This document shows, piece by piece, positions 31,298 to 41,290 of a stretch of DNA of 48,968 nt. Under the pieces are notes generated by a model, which searched no databases, was not told where the DNA came from, and saw only the letters and a list, made by a program, of their open reading frames with translations. The first letter of the stretch is position 1. Each line of letters starts with the position of its first letter. A program made the position numbers and the translations under genes. The stretch comes from a virus: IMG/VR virus record IMGVR_UViG_3300045941_000175; one strand, given 5' to 3'.

Positions 31298-34200
31298 TTA
31301 TTGCGCCCCTTCCTCGGTCGTCTCCTCCTCGGGGACTGTCACGGTCGGCGGTTGCGTCAGGACGTCCGGTTGTGCGGGTAGCGGGATAGGCGAATCGAAA
31401 ATGTCCTGTTTTTCCTGTTCCGGCGTGGGGGTCGAAAGCGGCGAAATGGTCGGCACATTCTTGCCGCCCTCGAGGAAATACTTAGCCGCGCCAGGGCCAT
31501 AGCCGGGCCGGGTCGAACTGCCTTCATCGAACACGGTCGCCAGGGTCGGGTCCTTGAGCAATTGCTCGATGTGCTTGGCAGGAATGAACTTGGTGCCAGG
31601 CTGGAAGCTTGCGGCTTCCGCGAAGGGCGGATCGGCATAATCGGCTGACGGCTCATCCTGCCGGCCAATGTAGGCCGGCAATTCGGGCGAGTAGCCGAAG
31701 AAATACCCGTCCTTCGACATATAGCTGAGATCGTAATTTTTCGGCTTGCCATCGTTGGGCGTTAGCGGCGACGGCGCCGGATGCTGCGCTTGCACCAACG
31801 CATCGGCCGTTGCAGCGGCTTGGTCATTGGTGATTTTCTTTTCTTTCAATACCGTCTGCAGCGCCCGTTGCGCTAGATCGGGGATGCCTTCGGCCGTCGC
31901 CTTGCCGACAAATTCAACCACTGATTTTGCGACCTCGGTGCCGGCGGTGTCACGGTTCGGCCTGGCGCGATCGAGCAGCGGTTGCGCCAAGATCCTGGCT
32001 TGCTCATTGGAGATCGGAGTGCGCAGCGCCGGGTCGATTTGCAAGTGCTCTTGACGGCTCATGCGCGCCGTAATCAAGGCCTGGATTTTCTCCGGATTGC
32101 GTGGATCCTTGCGGGCTTCCTCGAGCGCGGCGGCAACGGCAGGATGCTTGTCGGCATAGCCGGCCGGATCGGCATTGCGGTCATTGTTGATCTTTTGCGC
32201 CTTTTTCAGCACCTCGTTATAGACCTTGGCTTGCTCCGGATAATACGGCGAATTTTCGTCCGGCTTGATGCTTTTCAGCCGCTCGACAATGCCCGCTCGC
32301 GTCATGTCCTCCATGTTCGCGCCGCCGTTATAGATTTTTTGCGCGTAATCCTTTTCCTGTTGCCACTTGATCGCGGTCGCGGTGCCAAGCTTGGAAGCGA
32401 TAAGGTCAAAAGAGAGCTCGGGCGTCGGATGCTTGTAATAGTCCTGCAACTCCTTCGGCATGGTGATGCCCTTGCCGTTGAGTTGCGTGGTGACGATGTC
32501 GGCGCGAACGCGGCCCTCCAATGACGTCTTGAAATCGTGCGCCTGTGAGGCGGCCTTCATGGTGCTGCCGTCCAAACGATTGTTTATCGTCACGCCAAGC
32601 TGTTCCCAGCGTGAGAGCGGAACGCCGCCCGGCGTGGTCGGACCGGTCGGAGCGCCAGGGCCGGCAACCTGTACGGTCCCAGCGCGGCCACCGACAAAGG
32701 CCGGCGCCGGGGTCCCGGAGCGCACCAGGTTCACCAATTCGATGGCTTCGTCTGGATGGCGGGATCCGCCCTGGATTTGGCCGTGACCGACCACGTTCTC
32801 GGCCGGAATGTTGTAGCGCTGTTGCAGGTGGGCCGTGAGCGCATGCGCCGATTGCAATTGCTCCGGAGTTGGCTTGCCGGTGCCGACAAAGGAAACGCCG
32901 ATCGCATTGTTATTGCTAATGTCGGGCCGTGCCGTTCGCGTCGACTCGCCAGGCGAGCGTACGTGATTGGTCCGCGCATCGAGTGGGGCGCCCTGCACAA
33001 CCGTACCGTCTTTGTCGATATAGAAATGATAGCCGAATGACTTGCCGCCGCGGGACGGGTCGCCTTTGAGCGTCGACAAGGCGGAATCGAGGCTATCGCC
33101 GCCGGTGTAGTGCGCAACGATCGCCCGGAAGGGCTGGGCGCCCGCAGTTGCCGATCGCCCGAAGGTTTGCCCAGGCACATGCGCCTGGCGCACCCCCGCA
33201 ATCACGCGATCGTCAGTCGGCGCTCCGCCGACATTCATACCGCCGAGATAGGTCGGCGGCCGGGTGTCCGAGATCACGCTGCCGTCGGCCGAAGCGACCA
33301 CCACTTGCCTTGCCATGGCCGGGTGCACTTCCGGCGGCTGCATGCGCGCCGTCGTGACGGCTTCGTCGATGCCGCCGCCGGAGACCTGGGTCCCCTTGAT
33401 CGCAACGAAATCGGCGGAGGAGACGCGGGTCGCATCGCCGTCATACAGGCGCTTAAGCACGTCCGCGGGGACATTGCCTTTGACGGCGGCCTTGGCCCAG
33501 GCCTCGCCTTTTTCCTTGCCCTCGGTCGTGGCCAGCAATGTCTTCCAAGCCGGCTGATTAGGGTTCTGGATATGCGCGACGGTGCCGCCCACTCCCTGGT
33601 TATGGGAGAGATAGAGCTCCTGATTGGTCGGCGGCCGGCCGAGCGCATTGGTCAGCAGGGGCTCATTACGCTTGAGCACTCCCACAAAGGCGCGGGCATT
33701 GGCTTCCGGATCGGTGCGATCGCCGCCACCGTGCATACCCTGTTCGGCCGTCGTCAATTGGAATAGGCCGACGTGGTCGCCGCTTTTTGATTTTGCCTTG
33801 GGATTGCCGCTCGATTCGATCGAGGCGGCGACCTTGAGCATGTTCGCATCCATGCCGGTCTCGGCCGCCACCTTTTCGATCGCCGCCTTGATTTGCGGCT
33901 TGCCATCGATCTCGGCAATGCGGCTTTGATTAAGCGCATCCTGCGGCCTGGCCGGCGGCTCCGTACCGCCGGCGGCCGCCGGCAACGGCCGGGTCCCGGT
34001 TTCCTCGGGCGTAAAACGACTTTGCGGTCCAGGACCGGTCGGAGCGGCTGGCTGGCCGGTCTTCGGCTCCTCGCCTGGCTTGCGGGCGCCTGGCGCGGCC
34101 GGCGCGGTTGACGGCACACCGGGCGCCGGCACTCGCTGCGCTTTCTCCTCGGCCACGCGATCCTTGATAAATTGATCGAGGATGACCTTGCCTTGCTCTT

Positions 34201-34852
34201 GTCTTCCCTGCCTCTCGAATCCCTCGGTGGCGGCCTTCGCCAATTGGTTCAAATAGGCTTCATCCATGATGCGCTTTTGCGCATCGGTGTGGCCGCTCAC
34301 CGGACCAATATCGACCATCGCCTTGCGGATTTGCGCAACCGCCTGGTTGATGCTGTCCGGATTCTTTTTGACGCTATCGACAAGCTGGCTGTTGATTTGA
34401 TCTAGCTGTTTCTTGCCGTACTCATTGCGTTTCATGTTCTCCGCATGAGCCGACCCTTGCGAGGCCGATTGCTGGGCGCTGTTGCCATACATTTTATAGT
34501 CGTCTGCCAGGTGCGCCGGCGCCTGGGCCTGAAACTGTGCAACCGCCTGACCAACGCGGGCATTGATCCGCTCATGCAATGCGCCGAGCGAATCCTTGGC
34601 CGGGTCGAACTTGGTCAATTCCTCCGCTTCGATAATTTGGATTTGCTGCAGCAGAAGCCCACGCTGTTGGTGCATGTTCAGCCGATCGTGGCTGTCCTGC
34701 TTGGCCCGCCAATGCGCCGCGACTTGCGCCAAGGCGCTGCCGGCTTCTTTCAGGCCCTTACCGATCGAGAGATCGGCGCTAAAGCGGGGGAGTGTTTGCG
34801 CGCCAGCGTCTAATTGAACGCGCCGCTCATAGGTTGGGATGCGGACGGCCAT
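31298..34852 (-). CDS. Internal virion protein with lytic transglycosylase (SLT) and N-acetylmuramoyl-L-alanine amidase (Amidase_2/PGRP) domains (1184 aa)
   Basis: SLT: ...LKVAASIESSGNPKAKSKSGDHVGLFQL... (about 33600-33880). Amidase: ...AIVAHYTGG...GYHFYIDKDGTVVQG...NNNAIGVSF...VVGHGQI... (about 32740-33130). Confidence 0.8.
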   Translation of the reverse strand: MAVRIPTYERRVQLDAGAQTLPRFSADLSIGKGLKEAGSALAQVAAHWRAKQDSHDRLNMHQQRGLLLQQIQIIEAEELTKFDPAKDSLGALHERINARVGQAVAQFQAQAPAHLADDYKMYGNSAQQSASQGSAHAENMKRNEYGKKQLDQINSQLVDSVKKNPDSINQAVAQIRKAMVDIGPVSGHTDAQKRIMDEAYLNQLAKAATEGFERQGRQEQGKVILDQFIKDRVAEEKAQRVPAPGVPSTAPAAPGARKPGEEPKTGQPAAPTGPGPQSRFTPEETGTRPLPAAAGGTEPPARPQDALNQSRIAEIDGKPQIKAAIEKVAAETGMDANMLKVAASIESSGNPKAKSKSGDHVGLFQLTTAEQGMHGGGDRTDPEANARAFVGVLKRNEPLLTNALGRPPTNQELYLSHNQGVGGTVAHIQNPNQPAWKTLLATTEGKEKGEAWAKAAVKGNVPADVLKRLYDGDATRVSSADFVAIKGTQVSGGGIDEAVTTARMQPPEVHPAMARQVVVASADGSVISDTRPPTYLGGMNVGGAPTDDRVIAGVRQAHVPGQTFGRSATAGAQPFRAIVAHYTGGDSLDSALSTLKGDPSRGGKSFGYHFYIDKDGTVVQGAPLDARTNHVRSPGESTRTARPDISNNNAIGVSFVGTGKPTPEQLQSAHALTAHLQQRYNIPAENVVGHGQIQGGSRHPDEAIELVNLVRSGTPAPAFVGGRAGTVQVAGPGAPTGPTTPGGVPLSRWEQLGVTINNRLDGSTMKAASQAHDFKTSLEGRVRADIVTTQLNGKGITMPKELQDYYKHPTPELSFDLIASKLGTATAIKWQQEKDYAQKIYNGGANMEDMTRAGIVERLKSIKPDENSPYYPEQAKVYNEVLKKAQKINNDRNADPAGYADKHPAVAAALEEARKDPRNPEKIQALITARMSRQEHLQIDPALRTPISNEQARILAQPLLDRARPNRDTAGTEVAKSVVEFVGKATAEGIPDLAQRALQTVLKEKKITNDQAAATADALVQAQHPAPSPLTPNDGKPKNYDLSYMSKDGYFFGYSPELPAYIGRQDEPSADYADPPFAEAASFQPGTKFIPAKHIEQLLKDPTLATVFDEGSSTRPGYGPGAAKYFLEGGKNVPTISPLSTPTPEQEKQDIFDSPIPLPAQPDVLTQPPTVTVPEEETTEEGAQ

Positions 34853-34854
34853 GG

Positions 34855-35331
34855 TCAGGCCTCATCGACGTTGGTCGATCCGCCGAAAGAAAAATTGCCT
34901 CCGGACAGGCCGCTTGCGCCCTTTATCAGCGGCGATAGCGCTCCGAAAAGACCGCCGATTTGTTGCCCCTCTGCCTTCGTCCGCAAGGCTCGCGCCTGCA
35001 TTTCGAAGTTTTGCGCTTTTATCTCACCGTTGTATTTGATCGCCTGCACGTCGAGATCGGTTTGTTGCGTCGTGTCGACGATGACGTCGCTCGGTGTACC
35101 GGCCAGCGAAACGCCGGCCGATAGGAAGGCCGCCCGCTGGCTTGAGATTAGTTTGATCGCCTTGTGCTGTTGCTGTTCGGCGTTATAGGCGGCCTGTTGA
35201 CGCTCGAGTGCCGCCTGCCGCTCATAGGCTTGAGCCTGTTGCTGGGAAGCCTGCGCTGCCATCATGCCGGACATAACCGAGCCGGCCGCCCCTACGACCG
35301 CGCCGATGATTCCGAGCGCCATGACACACAT
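34855..35331 (-). CDS. T7 gp14-like internal virion protein (158 aa)
   Basis: MCVMALGIIGAVVGAAGSVMSGMMAAQASQQQAQ... has an N-terminal Met-Cys, a Gly/Ala hydrophobic stretch and a Gln-rich helix, as I recall for T7 gp14. The position fits. Confidence 0.6.
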   Translation of the reverse strand: MCVMALGIIGAVVGAAGSVMSGMMAAQASQQQAQAYERQAALERQQAAYNAEQQQHKAIKLISSQRAAFLSAGVSLAGTPSDVIVDTTQQTDLDVQAIKYNGEIKAQNFEMQARALRTKAEGQQIGGLFGALSPLIKGASGLSGGNFSFGGSTNVDEA

Positions 35332-35333
35332 CG

Positions 35334-37670
35334 CTATGGCTCCGACTCAAAAACAGGCGTGATGGACCGGATCGTAGCAGGCAATGGTTTATCGGTCTGC
35401 ATTACGACTTGTCCACCGTCCCGCCAAGACCGGTCAAAGCGATACGCATGAATGCCGGAGAACAGCGGCGGCGCGGTATCCATTGGATCGCCTACGTGAC
35501 GCAAACCGATCTTGACCTGCAATTCCCTGGCCGACGGTGAGCCAGCCTCGAGGTAGCCGGTCTCCATCACGTCTATGTTTGCCGCGATGATATTTTTGCG
35601 CCGGCCGATACCGGTGCCATCCGGTTGACCCTGCGCAATCGGCAACGTCATTGCCCGCGAGGTGTAATTGAACCCGAAAGTGATCTTTTCGGCCGTCTTA
35701 CCATTGGCGAGCGTAAAGCGGCCGGTCTCATCCATTTCCCGCACCGGCACGACGGCGCCGTCGGCCAAGATCGAGACGATTTCATTACTCAGCCAATTGG
35801 CGCCTGCAATGGCGTTTGTTGCGGTGCCGTCATAGGAATAGCTGGCGTCCACAAAGACCGCGTCTTCCTTTTTCATGTTTTCGAAGGTGACGGTCATGCG
35901 CTCGATATGCCGGACGTCGGCGCCGTTTATCGTCCGCCGGCAACTCATCCAGACTTCGGAGCGATTGGCGCCAGGGATCGATGCAACGCTTTCCACAATG
36001 GCGAAGGGGGTATTGGGATCGTCCGGATCGTCCGGATTGGTGACACCGAGAACCTGGCCGCCAATGCGGTGCCGCTGGCAAGCGACGATTTGCTGGTCAC
36101 GATCGTAGGTGACACCGACCAATTCGCCATTGCCCATGGCGTTCCAGATGATCGAATCCTTATCCTGGGCATAGGTGAATGATTTGACGCCGGACGTCAG
36201 CATGTGCTCGGACAGGATGGTGAGCTCCGGCGAGGTGTAGCCGTTGACCTGGAAATTGAACATAAACTCACGCAGCGAGAGCCCGTAATAGCTGGCATAG
36301 ATCGCCACCTCGCCCACCTGCACAGGCTGCAGATCGATTGAGCCAAAGGTCGATTGCCGCTTCTGCATGAAGTTGTCCGGCCCGAAATTCTTGCCGGTGT
36401 CTGCCGGCCCAACGGTGCGCATGGCTCCATTGGTCCCGATAAGAAGATCGGCGCCCTCTGCCAGCCAGGAAATTGCGTTGACCTGGCCGGCGAGGATGGT
36501 GAGCGTGATCGCATCATCGGCCTGCAGCGGCGAGGTAGTGGCGAAATTGTCGAGGACGCCGGCCTTGCTCATCCACAAGGTTTGCGGTTGCGTATCGGTA
36601 CGCGCCCACACAAGCCGCTGTTGATAAAACGAAACGCAGCCAGGCCAGCCGGTAATCACGTTCCAGGCGCCAAGCCGCCAGCCACCGGTCGCGCCGGTGC
36701 CGGGCAGGGTCGTAATCACGTCGCCATCGTCTTCAACCAGACCGAAGACTTCCGCCTGCACATGCGTCGTATCGGTGACGCTTGTGATCTTGAGGTAGTA
36801 CCATTTGCTCGAGTATTTCAACGACAAGGCGCGGCCGACGTCCGTTGCCTGGAAGCCGGTGTTGCCATTGATGCCGGTAACGGCGGAAGCGGTGACGGTG
36901 ACGGTGCCGGACGTGGCGCTCGGGTCCATCGTGGTTGTCGTGGTGTTGTCCGGCAAATAGGGTCCGTCGTAGCCGCTATAGGTGAGCAACGAGAAGGTCG
37001 ACCCCGAGAAGCGTGAGAGCATTCGCTGTTGGTGCTCGGTCGAGGCGATGTAAAGCACGTCCGCGCTTTGCGCGAATTGCAGCTTCCAGACTTCATCGAG
37101 AGTGTAGGGCGTAGCGACTTCAACCGGCGCCAAGCCGCCATTCGTGCCGTCGCCGGTTGTGGTCCAGGCGATCGCCGTCCCGCCGGGCGTGTCTGAAATG
37201 CGAAAGCGATCGGCGTTCGGCACTGAGACGATGTAATAGGTTTTGCCGACAAGCAGCGGCTCCGGCAGATGCCCGGTTGTCGAGAACGTGACCGGATCGC
37301 CCACTGCCAGGCCGTGCGCCGTCCAAGTCACAAGGTCGGGCGGATCGAAATAAATGAAGGTCGCAGCGTTTTTATTGACGACGCCGCCATTGGCGTAAAA
37401 GCGAATGTATTGCTCGCCAAATTCGAGCACGTAGGCCTGCAGCGTCGAGAACACAAACGGCACAAGGCGAACGCGCTTGGTCGGATCCTTGGCGAAATTG
37501 ATCCATTCGGTGCCCGGCCGGCGGCGGAGGCCGCCTTGCTTCATCACCATCCAATTGACGCATTGCGCCAGGCCCATGCGCCAATGATCGATGTCCACCC
37601 GCGAGAACAAACGGGGGGAGAGTTCGCCGCGAACGAAAGTCGGCTGGATCGGGTAAAGCGGGCCAGCCAT
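35334..37670 (-). CDS. Tail tubular protein B / nozzle-like protein (778 aa)
   Basis: Size and position match T7 gp12. The N-terminus ...LYPIQPTFVRGELSPRLFSRVDIDHWRMGL..C.NW.V...GG..RRPG is a pattern I recall from podovirus nozzle proteins. Confidence 0.65.
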   Translation of the reverse strand: MAGPLYPIQPTFVRGELSPRLFSRVDIDHWRMGLAQCVNWMVMKQGGLRRRPGTEWINFAKDPTKRVRLVPFVFSTLQAYVLEFGEQYIRFYANGGVVNKNAATFIYFDPPDLVTWTAHGLAVGDPVTFSTTGHLPEPLLVGKTYYIVSVPNADRFRISDTPGGTAIAWTTTGDGTNGGLAPVEVATPYTLDEVWKLQFAQSADVLYIASTEHQQRMLSRFSGSTFSLLTYSGYDGPYLPDNTTTTTMDPSATSGTVTVTASAVTGINGNTGFQATDVGRALSLKYSSKWYYLKITSVTDTTHVQAEVFGLVEDDGDVITTLPGTGATGGWRLGAWNVITGWPGCVSFYQQRLVWARTDTQPQTLWMSKAGVLDNFATTSPLQADDAITLTILAGQVNAISWLAEGADLLIGTNGAMRTVGPADTGKNFGPDNFMQKRQSTFGSIDLQPVQVGEVAIYASYYGLSLREFMFNFQVNGYTSPELTILSEHMLTSGVKSFTYAQDKDSIIWNAMGNGELVGVTYDRDQQIVACQRHRIGGQVLGVTNPDDPDDPNTPFAIVESVASIPGANRSEVWMSCRRTINGADVRHIERMTVTFENMKKEDAVFVDASYSYDGTATNAIAGANWLSNEIVSILADGAVVPVREMDETGRFTLANGKTAEKITFGFNYTSRAMTLPIAQGQPDGTGIGRRKNIIAANIDVMETGYLEAGSPSARELQVKIGLRHVGDPMDTAPPLFSGIHAYRFDRSWRDGGQVVMQTDKPLPATIRSITPVFESEP

Positions 37671-37674
37671 GGCC

Positions 37675-38259
37675 TCACCTCACCATTATGATTTCGGAAT
37701 CGTCGGGCTCCTCGGGAAATCCCTCGAGACTGTCAATGCGGACGGCTTCCAGGAACGAGACATTGGCAACGTCGAGCAATTGCTTGGAAAACGACGCCTT
37801 GCCTGTAATCCAGAAAGCATAGTTTGCGGCCAGGATTTGCGATAGCAGGTCGACAAAGATCGGCGTGAACAGCGCACTATTTTCCTGCCGAAAGATATAG
37901 CGCACCGGCAGCGGCGCCGGCTTATCGGTCAGGATCTTGGTGCCTTCGACGATGTAGGGAATTTGCGGAGAGTTGCGCCGGCCGTCTGCCGTGAGCGGCA
38001 GGATGCGCAGGGAATCGTCGGGCACCTGGTACTGATAGCGCCATTCGAAGGCGGGCTTTTCCGTATCCGTGGCCAGCAATTTGCGACTGAGCGCAAAATT
38101 CCAGGTGTGCCGCTGCAGCAGGACGTCGCGCTGCAGCGGGTAATTGCGGTTAAGCCAGCGGGCAACCGCCTTTTCGTCCGTTGTGGAGAGGACCGACTCC
38201 TCCGCCAGTTTATCGAGCACAGCGTTGAATATCTGTGTCTCCGAAAACCCGGAAGGCAT
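37675..38259 (-). CDS. Tail tubular protein A / adaptor-like protein (194 aa)
   Basis: Size and position match T7 gp11. ...RWLNRNYPLQRDVLLQRHTWNFA... motif. Confidence 0.6.
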   Translation of the reverse strand: MPSGFSETQIFNAVLDKLAEESVLSTTDEKAVARWLNRNYPLQRDVLLQRHTWNFALSRKLLATDTEKPAFEWRYQYQVPDDSLRILPLTADGRRNSPQIPYIVEGTKILTDKPAPLPVRYIFRQENSALFTPIFVDLLSQILAANYAFWITGKASFSKQLLDVANVSFLEAVRIDSLEGFPEEPDDSEIIMVR

Positions 38260-38268
38260 GCGTCCCCC

Positions 38269-38463
38269 TTACGGCAGCGACGGTTGTGGCACTACGCCGA
38301 GACGTTGCCGACGCGCCTTGCGCGATTCGTATAGCGCCGCCTGTTGTGGATTGGTGAAACCGGTCGGCGTCCCCGGCCGGAAGGGCGGCGGATCGTCTTC
38401 GATTGGCACCTTTTTCGATGCCTCGACAATCATGCTCCGATCGATGGTGCGCGGATCCGTCAA
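38269..38463 (-). CDS. Hypothetical protein (64 aa)
   Basis: 4-nt overlap with the upstream ORF, inside the structural operon. Confidence 0.45.
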   Translation of the reverse strand: MTDPRTIDRSMIVEASKKVPIEDDPPPFRPGTPTGFTNPQQAALYESRKARRQRLGVVPQPSLP

Positions 38464-38699
38464 CCGCCACTCTCCTCTTGCGGAACAGCGCGAAGCGCCT
38501 TTTGGCTACGAATCGCCCGGCCGCGCAGGCCCACCTTACCAAAGGCGATGTCGATAGCGCGATGGGCCGCCCGTTCGGCGCCTCCCATTTGGCTCTCGAC
38601 CTCTTTTTGCTCCTCGAGATATTTGCGATTGGCTTCCGCCAGCGTGACGGTCCCGTCGGGCTCTCTCTTTGCCATGGTCGGCTCCCTGGCTTTCGGCAT
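38460..38699 (-). CDS. Hypothetical protein (79 aa; start may be the internal ATG at 38675)
   Basis: ORF downstream of the capsid gene. Charged, helical-looking sequence. Confidence 0.45.
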   Translation of the reverse strand: MPKAREPTMAKREPDGTVTLAEANRKYLEEQKEVESQMGGAERAAHRAIDIAFGKVGLRGRAIRSQKALRAVPQEESGG

Positions 38700-38766
38700 G
38701 GGAAGATGGACGGGCGGCGAATGCCGAGTTCGCCACCCGTCCAGACTCGCGAGTCAAACTACCACG

Positions 38767-39780
38767 TCAGCCGTTACTCTGCAGGCAGGCGATCGGGATT
38801 TGCTTGCGCTCGGGATAGACGCGCAGCCAGTTCGCCGCGGCCCGCAGTTCGGTATCGGTCGGGGAGCGCCCGGCCATGGACGACGAGGTCCACTTGATGC
38901 CGTACGGGTGCATGCAGTATTGGCGCCGCGTCCACAATTCCTCTACGCCAGCACCATTGCCCTGGGCCGGATAGCGGAACGTCTCCACCGGCACGTCGGG
39001 CGGCACTTCCGCCCAGCCAAAGGCATTCTTACCGACCAGGTAGGTGTGATACATGAGGCGATTGGTGCCGGCGATCGCCGGGCAACCGTCATCCTTCACG
39101 ACCTGATAGCCGAGATAGGTAGGAAAGCGGACCTTGCCTTCGCTATCCGGAATGAAGTCGATCAGGTTTTGCTTGGCGAGGTTCGTATAGACGACCGAGT
39201 GCATGAGGATGGTGTCGAGCACGTCGGACGCATCGCCCATGGTCTGTGCCGCGTCGAGGATGGCGTTGGCCGAGACCTTTTCCGCCGCCGTTGGGGCGCC
39301 GGCCGCATCGGTGCCGATGATGGTGGAGAAATCGCCACCGTTCGAGGCGGTATTTGAGGCAATGACCCCGCGCAGTGTCGAGACCAGGTGCCGCTGGAAT
39401 TCACGCGCCCACCAGGCGGAGACGCGGGAAGAAATGCGTTTCATCGGATCGTCGCCGGCGAGCTCCGAGACCAGGTCGGCGTCGGACCAGGCCTTGTTCC
39501 GGTTCTGCCGGATGGCGATGTCAGTTGCCGCCGCGATCTTGTCGGGCGTGGCCAGCACTGCCGGATCGTCGGACGAGATATTGGCAGTCGAGGCGTCTGC
39601 CAGGTCATTCCAGAATGGCACGTTGACGGTTTGCCCGCCGCCACTCAGGAAGGACGAAAGTTGGGCGTCCTGCCGCAGGATGCCGGATTGAAAGATGGCC
39701 GTTTTGGTCATCGTTTCTTTCAGCATGTAGGGCACGAAGACGGCCGGGATGACGGCGTCGGAGAGTCGGGTAACAGCCAT
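38767..39780 (-). CDS. Major capsid protein (337 aa), presumably HK97-fold
   Basis: Positioned after the scaffold gene. Its size and MAVTRLSDAVIPAVFVPYMLKETMTKTAIFQSGILRQD... resemble capsid proteins of BPP-1/epsilon15-type podoviruses (recollection). Confidence 0.7.
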   Translation of the reverse strand: MAVTRLSDAVIPAVFVPYMLKETMTKTAIFQSGILRQDAQLSSFLSGGGQTVNVPFWNDLADASTANISSDDPAVLATPDKIAAATDIAIRQNRNKAWSDADLVSELAGDDPMKRISSRVSAWWAREFQRHLVSTLRGVIASNTASNGGDFSTIIGTDAAGAPTAAEKVSANAILDAAQTMGDASDVLDTILMHSVVYTNLAKQNLIDFIPDSEGKVRFPTYLGYQVVKDDGCPAIAGTNRLMYHTYLVGKNAFGWAEVPPDVPVETFRYPAQGNGAGVEELWTRRQYCMHPYGIKWTSSSMAGRSPTDTELRAAANWLRVYPERKQIPIACLQSNG

Positions 39781-39821
39781 GAGCGGTCTCCATCGGGTTA
39801 TGGCCGCTCATGGCCTTGAGG

Positions 39822-40712
39822 TTATTGATCCTTTCCGAAGCGGTTTTTGAACAGCGCTTTTTCAGGGTCTTTGCCTGCGGCTTTGATGAGCGACCGGGCT
39901 AGGTCCGGATTCTCGCGGGCGATGCGACCTTGCTCGGTGAGGTTTTCCTGGCCGTCCTTCCACGGATTGGCATTCGTGAAATGGCCTGGGCCGCCGCCGT
40001 GCATGCGGTCCTCCTGGAAAAGGCCTTCACCGACCGTTGCGAGCGCGAACGCCAATTTGGAGTCCGCGATATTGCCGCCGGCGTCGATTAGTCCTGCCGC
40101 CTTGAAGGTCTCAGCGAGACCTAACCCCCGGAGCCCTGCTTTCGCATGACCGATATTCTTGATGTAGCCTTCGCCATCGGTCGGACCCCACTTTGCCAGG
40201 ATCTCCTGGTGAGCACTGCCCACCCGACGCTTCATGCCTTCCTGCGCTTCATCCATTTGCTTGGCGAAGCGCTGCACAAATTTGTCGTGAAGATGCTGGG
40301 CCTGCCTGGGGGACAAGTCAGCCTCATGCGACCAATTCTTGTATTCGGTCGCGAAGGCATCATCGTACGGGAAATTTTCCGGGACCCCCTGCGGCAACTT
40401 GAAAGCGTAGTCGCCGGGAGTCTTCGGTTTCCCTAAGGCGGTATAGACCTTGTCGTAGTCTTCCCGCGGCGCGTTTGCCTCGGGAATGACAATGGCCTTA
40501 CCGAGACGACCCTCCAATTCCCTGTACGAGTTTATCACTACGTCCGGGGTATTGGATTTGTCCCATCCCTTTTTCGTGACGAGATCACGGTTGCCTGCAT
40601 CCTGCAGACCGGAAAGCCACGACGAGTCGCCAACGACGGGCGAGGCCGGCGTTGACGGTTGCTGACCTTGGGGTTGCCCGCTTTGCGCGGACCCGCTCGG
40701 TGCATCTGGCAT
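39822..40712 (-). CDS. Scaffolding protein (296 aa)
   Basis: Lies between the portal region and the capsid gene. Low-complexity N-terminus and a charged helical body. Confidence 0.6.
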   Translation of the reverse strand: MPDAPSGSAQSGQPQGQQPSTPASPVVGDSSWLSGLQDAGNRDLVTKKGWDKSNTPDVVINSYRELEGRLGKAIVIPEANAPREDYDKVYTALGKPKTPGDYAFKLPQGVPENFPYDDAFATEYKNWSHEADLSPRQAQHLHDKFVQRFAKQMDEAQEGMKRRVGSAHQEILAKWGPTDGEGYIKNIGHAKAGLRGLGLAETFKAAGLIDAGGNIADSKLAFALATVGEGLFQEDRMHGGGPGHFTNANPWKDGQENLTEQGRIARENPDLARSLIKAAGKDPEKALFKNRFGKDQ

Positions 40713-40715
40713 CTT

Positions 40716-41069
40716 TTATCCCTCCAATGGATTTGGCGCAATCCCGGTTGTACCTGCGGCCGTTTGTCGAGCGGCTAATTCCAATGAAAGGATTTCTGCG
40801 TCCGACATTCGCAGGTATTGAAAGATGCGCCCGTAAGCTGCTCGCATCCCTTCATTGAAAACGATGGTGTCGCGATCGCCGGTCTCCGGCGGCGTCACCC
40901 GATAAAATCCTGTGTAATTCGCAAGATCGACCAGGACCAGGCCTTGGTCCTCGCCATCCGGTGTCCCCGTAAAAACGCGCTGATAGGCGAGCGCGATACG
41001 CGCTTCGGCTTCAAAGCGCGAAGCCGGCTGACCTGACAAAAGCCTTATCAGGCTTTGGAAGAAGGGCAT
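40716..41069 (-). CDS. Bbp19-like protein (117 aa)
   Basis: MPFFQSLIRLLSGQ...AYQRVFTGTPDGEDQGLVLVDLANYTGFY...FNEGMRAAYGRIFQYL follows the portal, as in Bordetella phage BPP-1 (recollection). Trimmed from the track ORF. Confidence 0.45.
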   Translation of the reverse strand: MPFFQSLIRLLSGQPASRFEAEARIALAYQRVFTGTPDGEDQGLVLVDLANYTGFYRVTPPETGDRDTIVFNEGMRAAYGRIFQYLRMSDAEILSLELAARQTAAGTTGIAPNPLEG

Positions 41070-41290
41070 GGGATCTTTCGCGCATAAAGAATGCCTTTGA
41101 TGGTTCGGTAGGCATAGCCGTCCTGGGTCGGACCCGGACACGGACAATCGGCATAATCAATGTCACAGTTCGGGCAAATACCGAAGGCGCCGCAATCAGC
41201 GGCGAAGACGACGCGGATCCACTTACGCGCCGGACGGGAAGCCCGACGACGGCGGGACCGGGGCCTTTCCGAATTGGCTAAGGAGTGCAT
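41048..41290 (-). CDS. Possible Cys-rich small protein (80 aa) overlapping the portal 3' end
   Basis: ...CGAFGICPNCDIDYADCPCPGP... is a zinc-ribbon-like cluster. The only canonical start (41290) lies 68 nt inside the portal gene and has no clear SD. Confidence 0.3.
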   Translation of the reverse strand: MHSLANSERPRSRRRRASRPARKWIRVVFAADCGAFGICPNCDIDYADCPCPGPTQDGYAYRTIKGILYARKIPCPSSKA

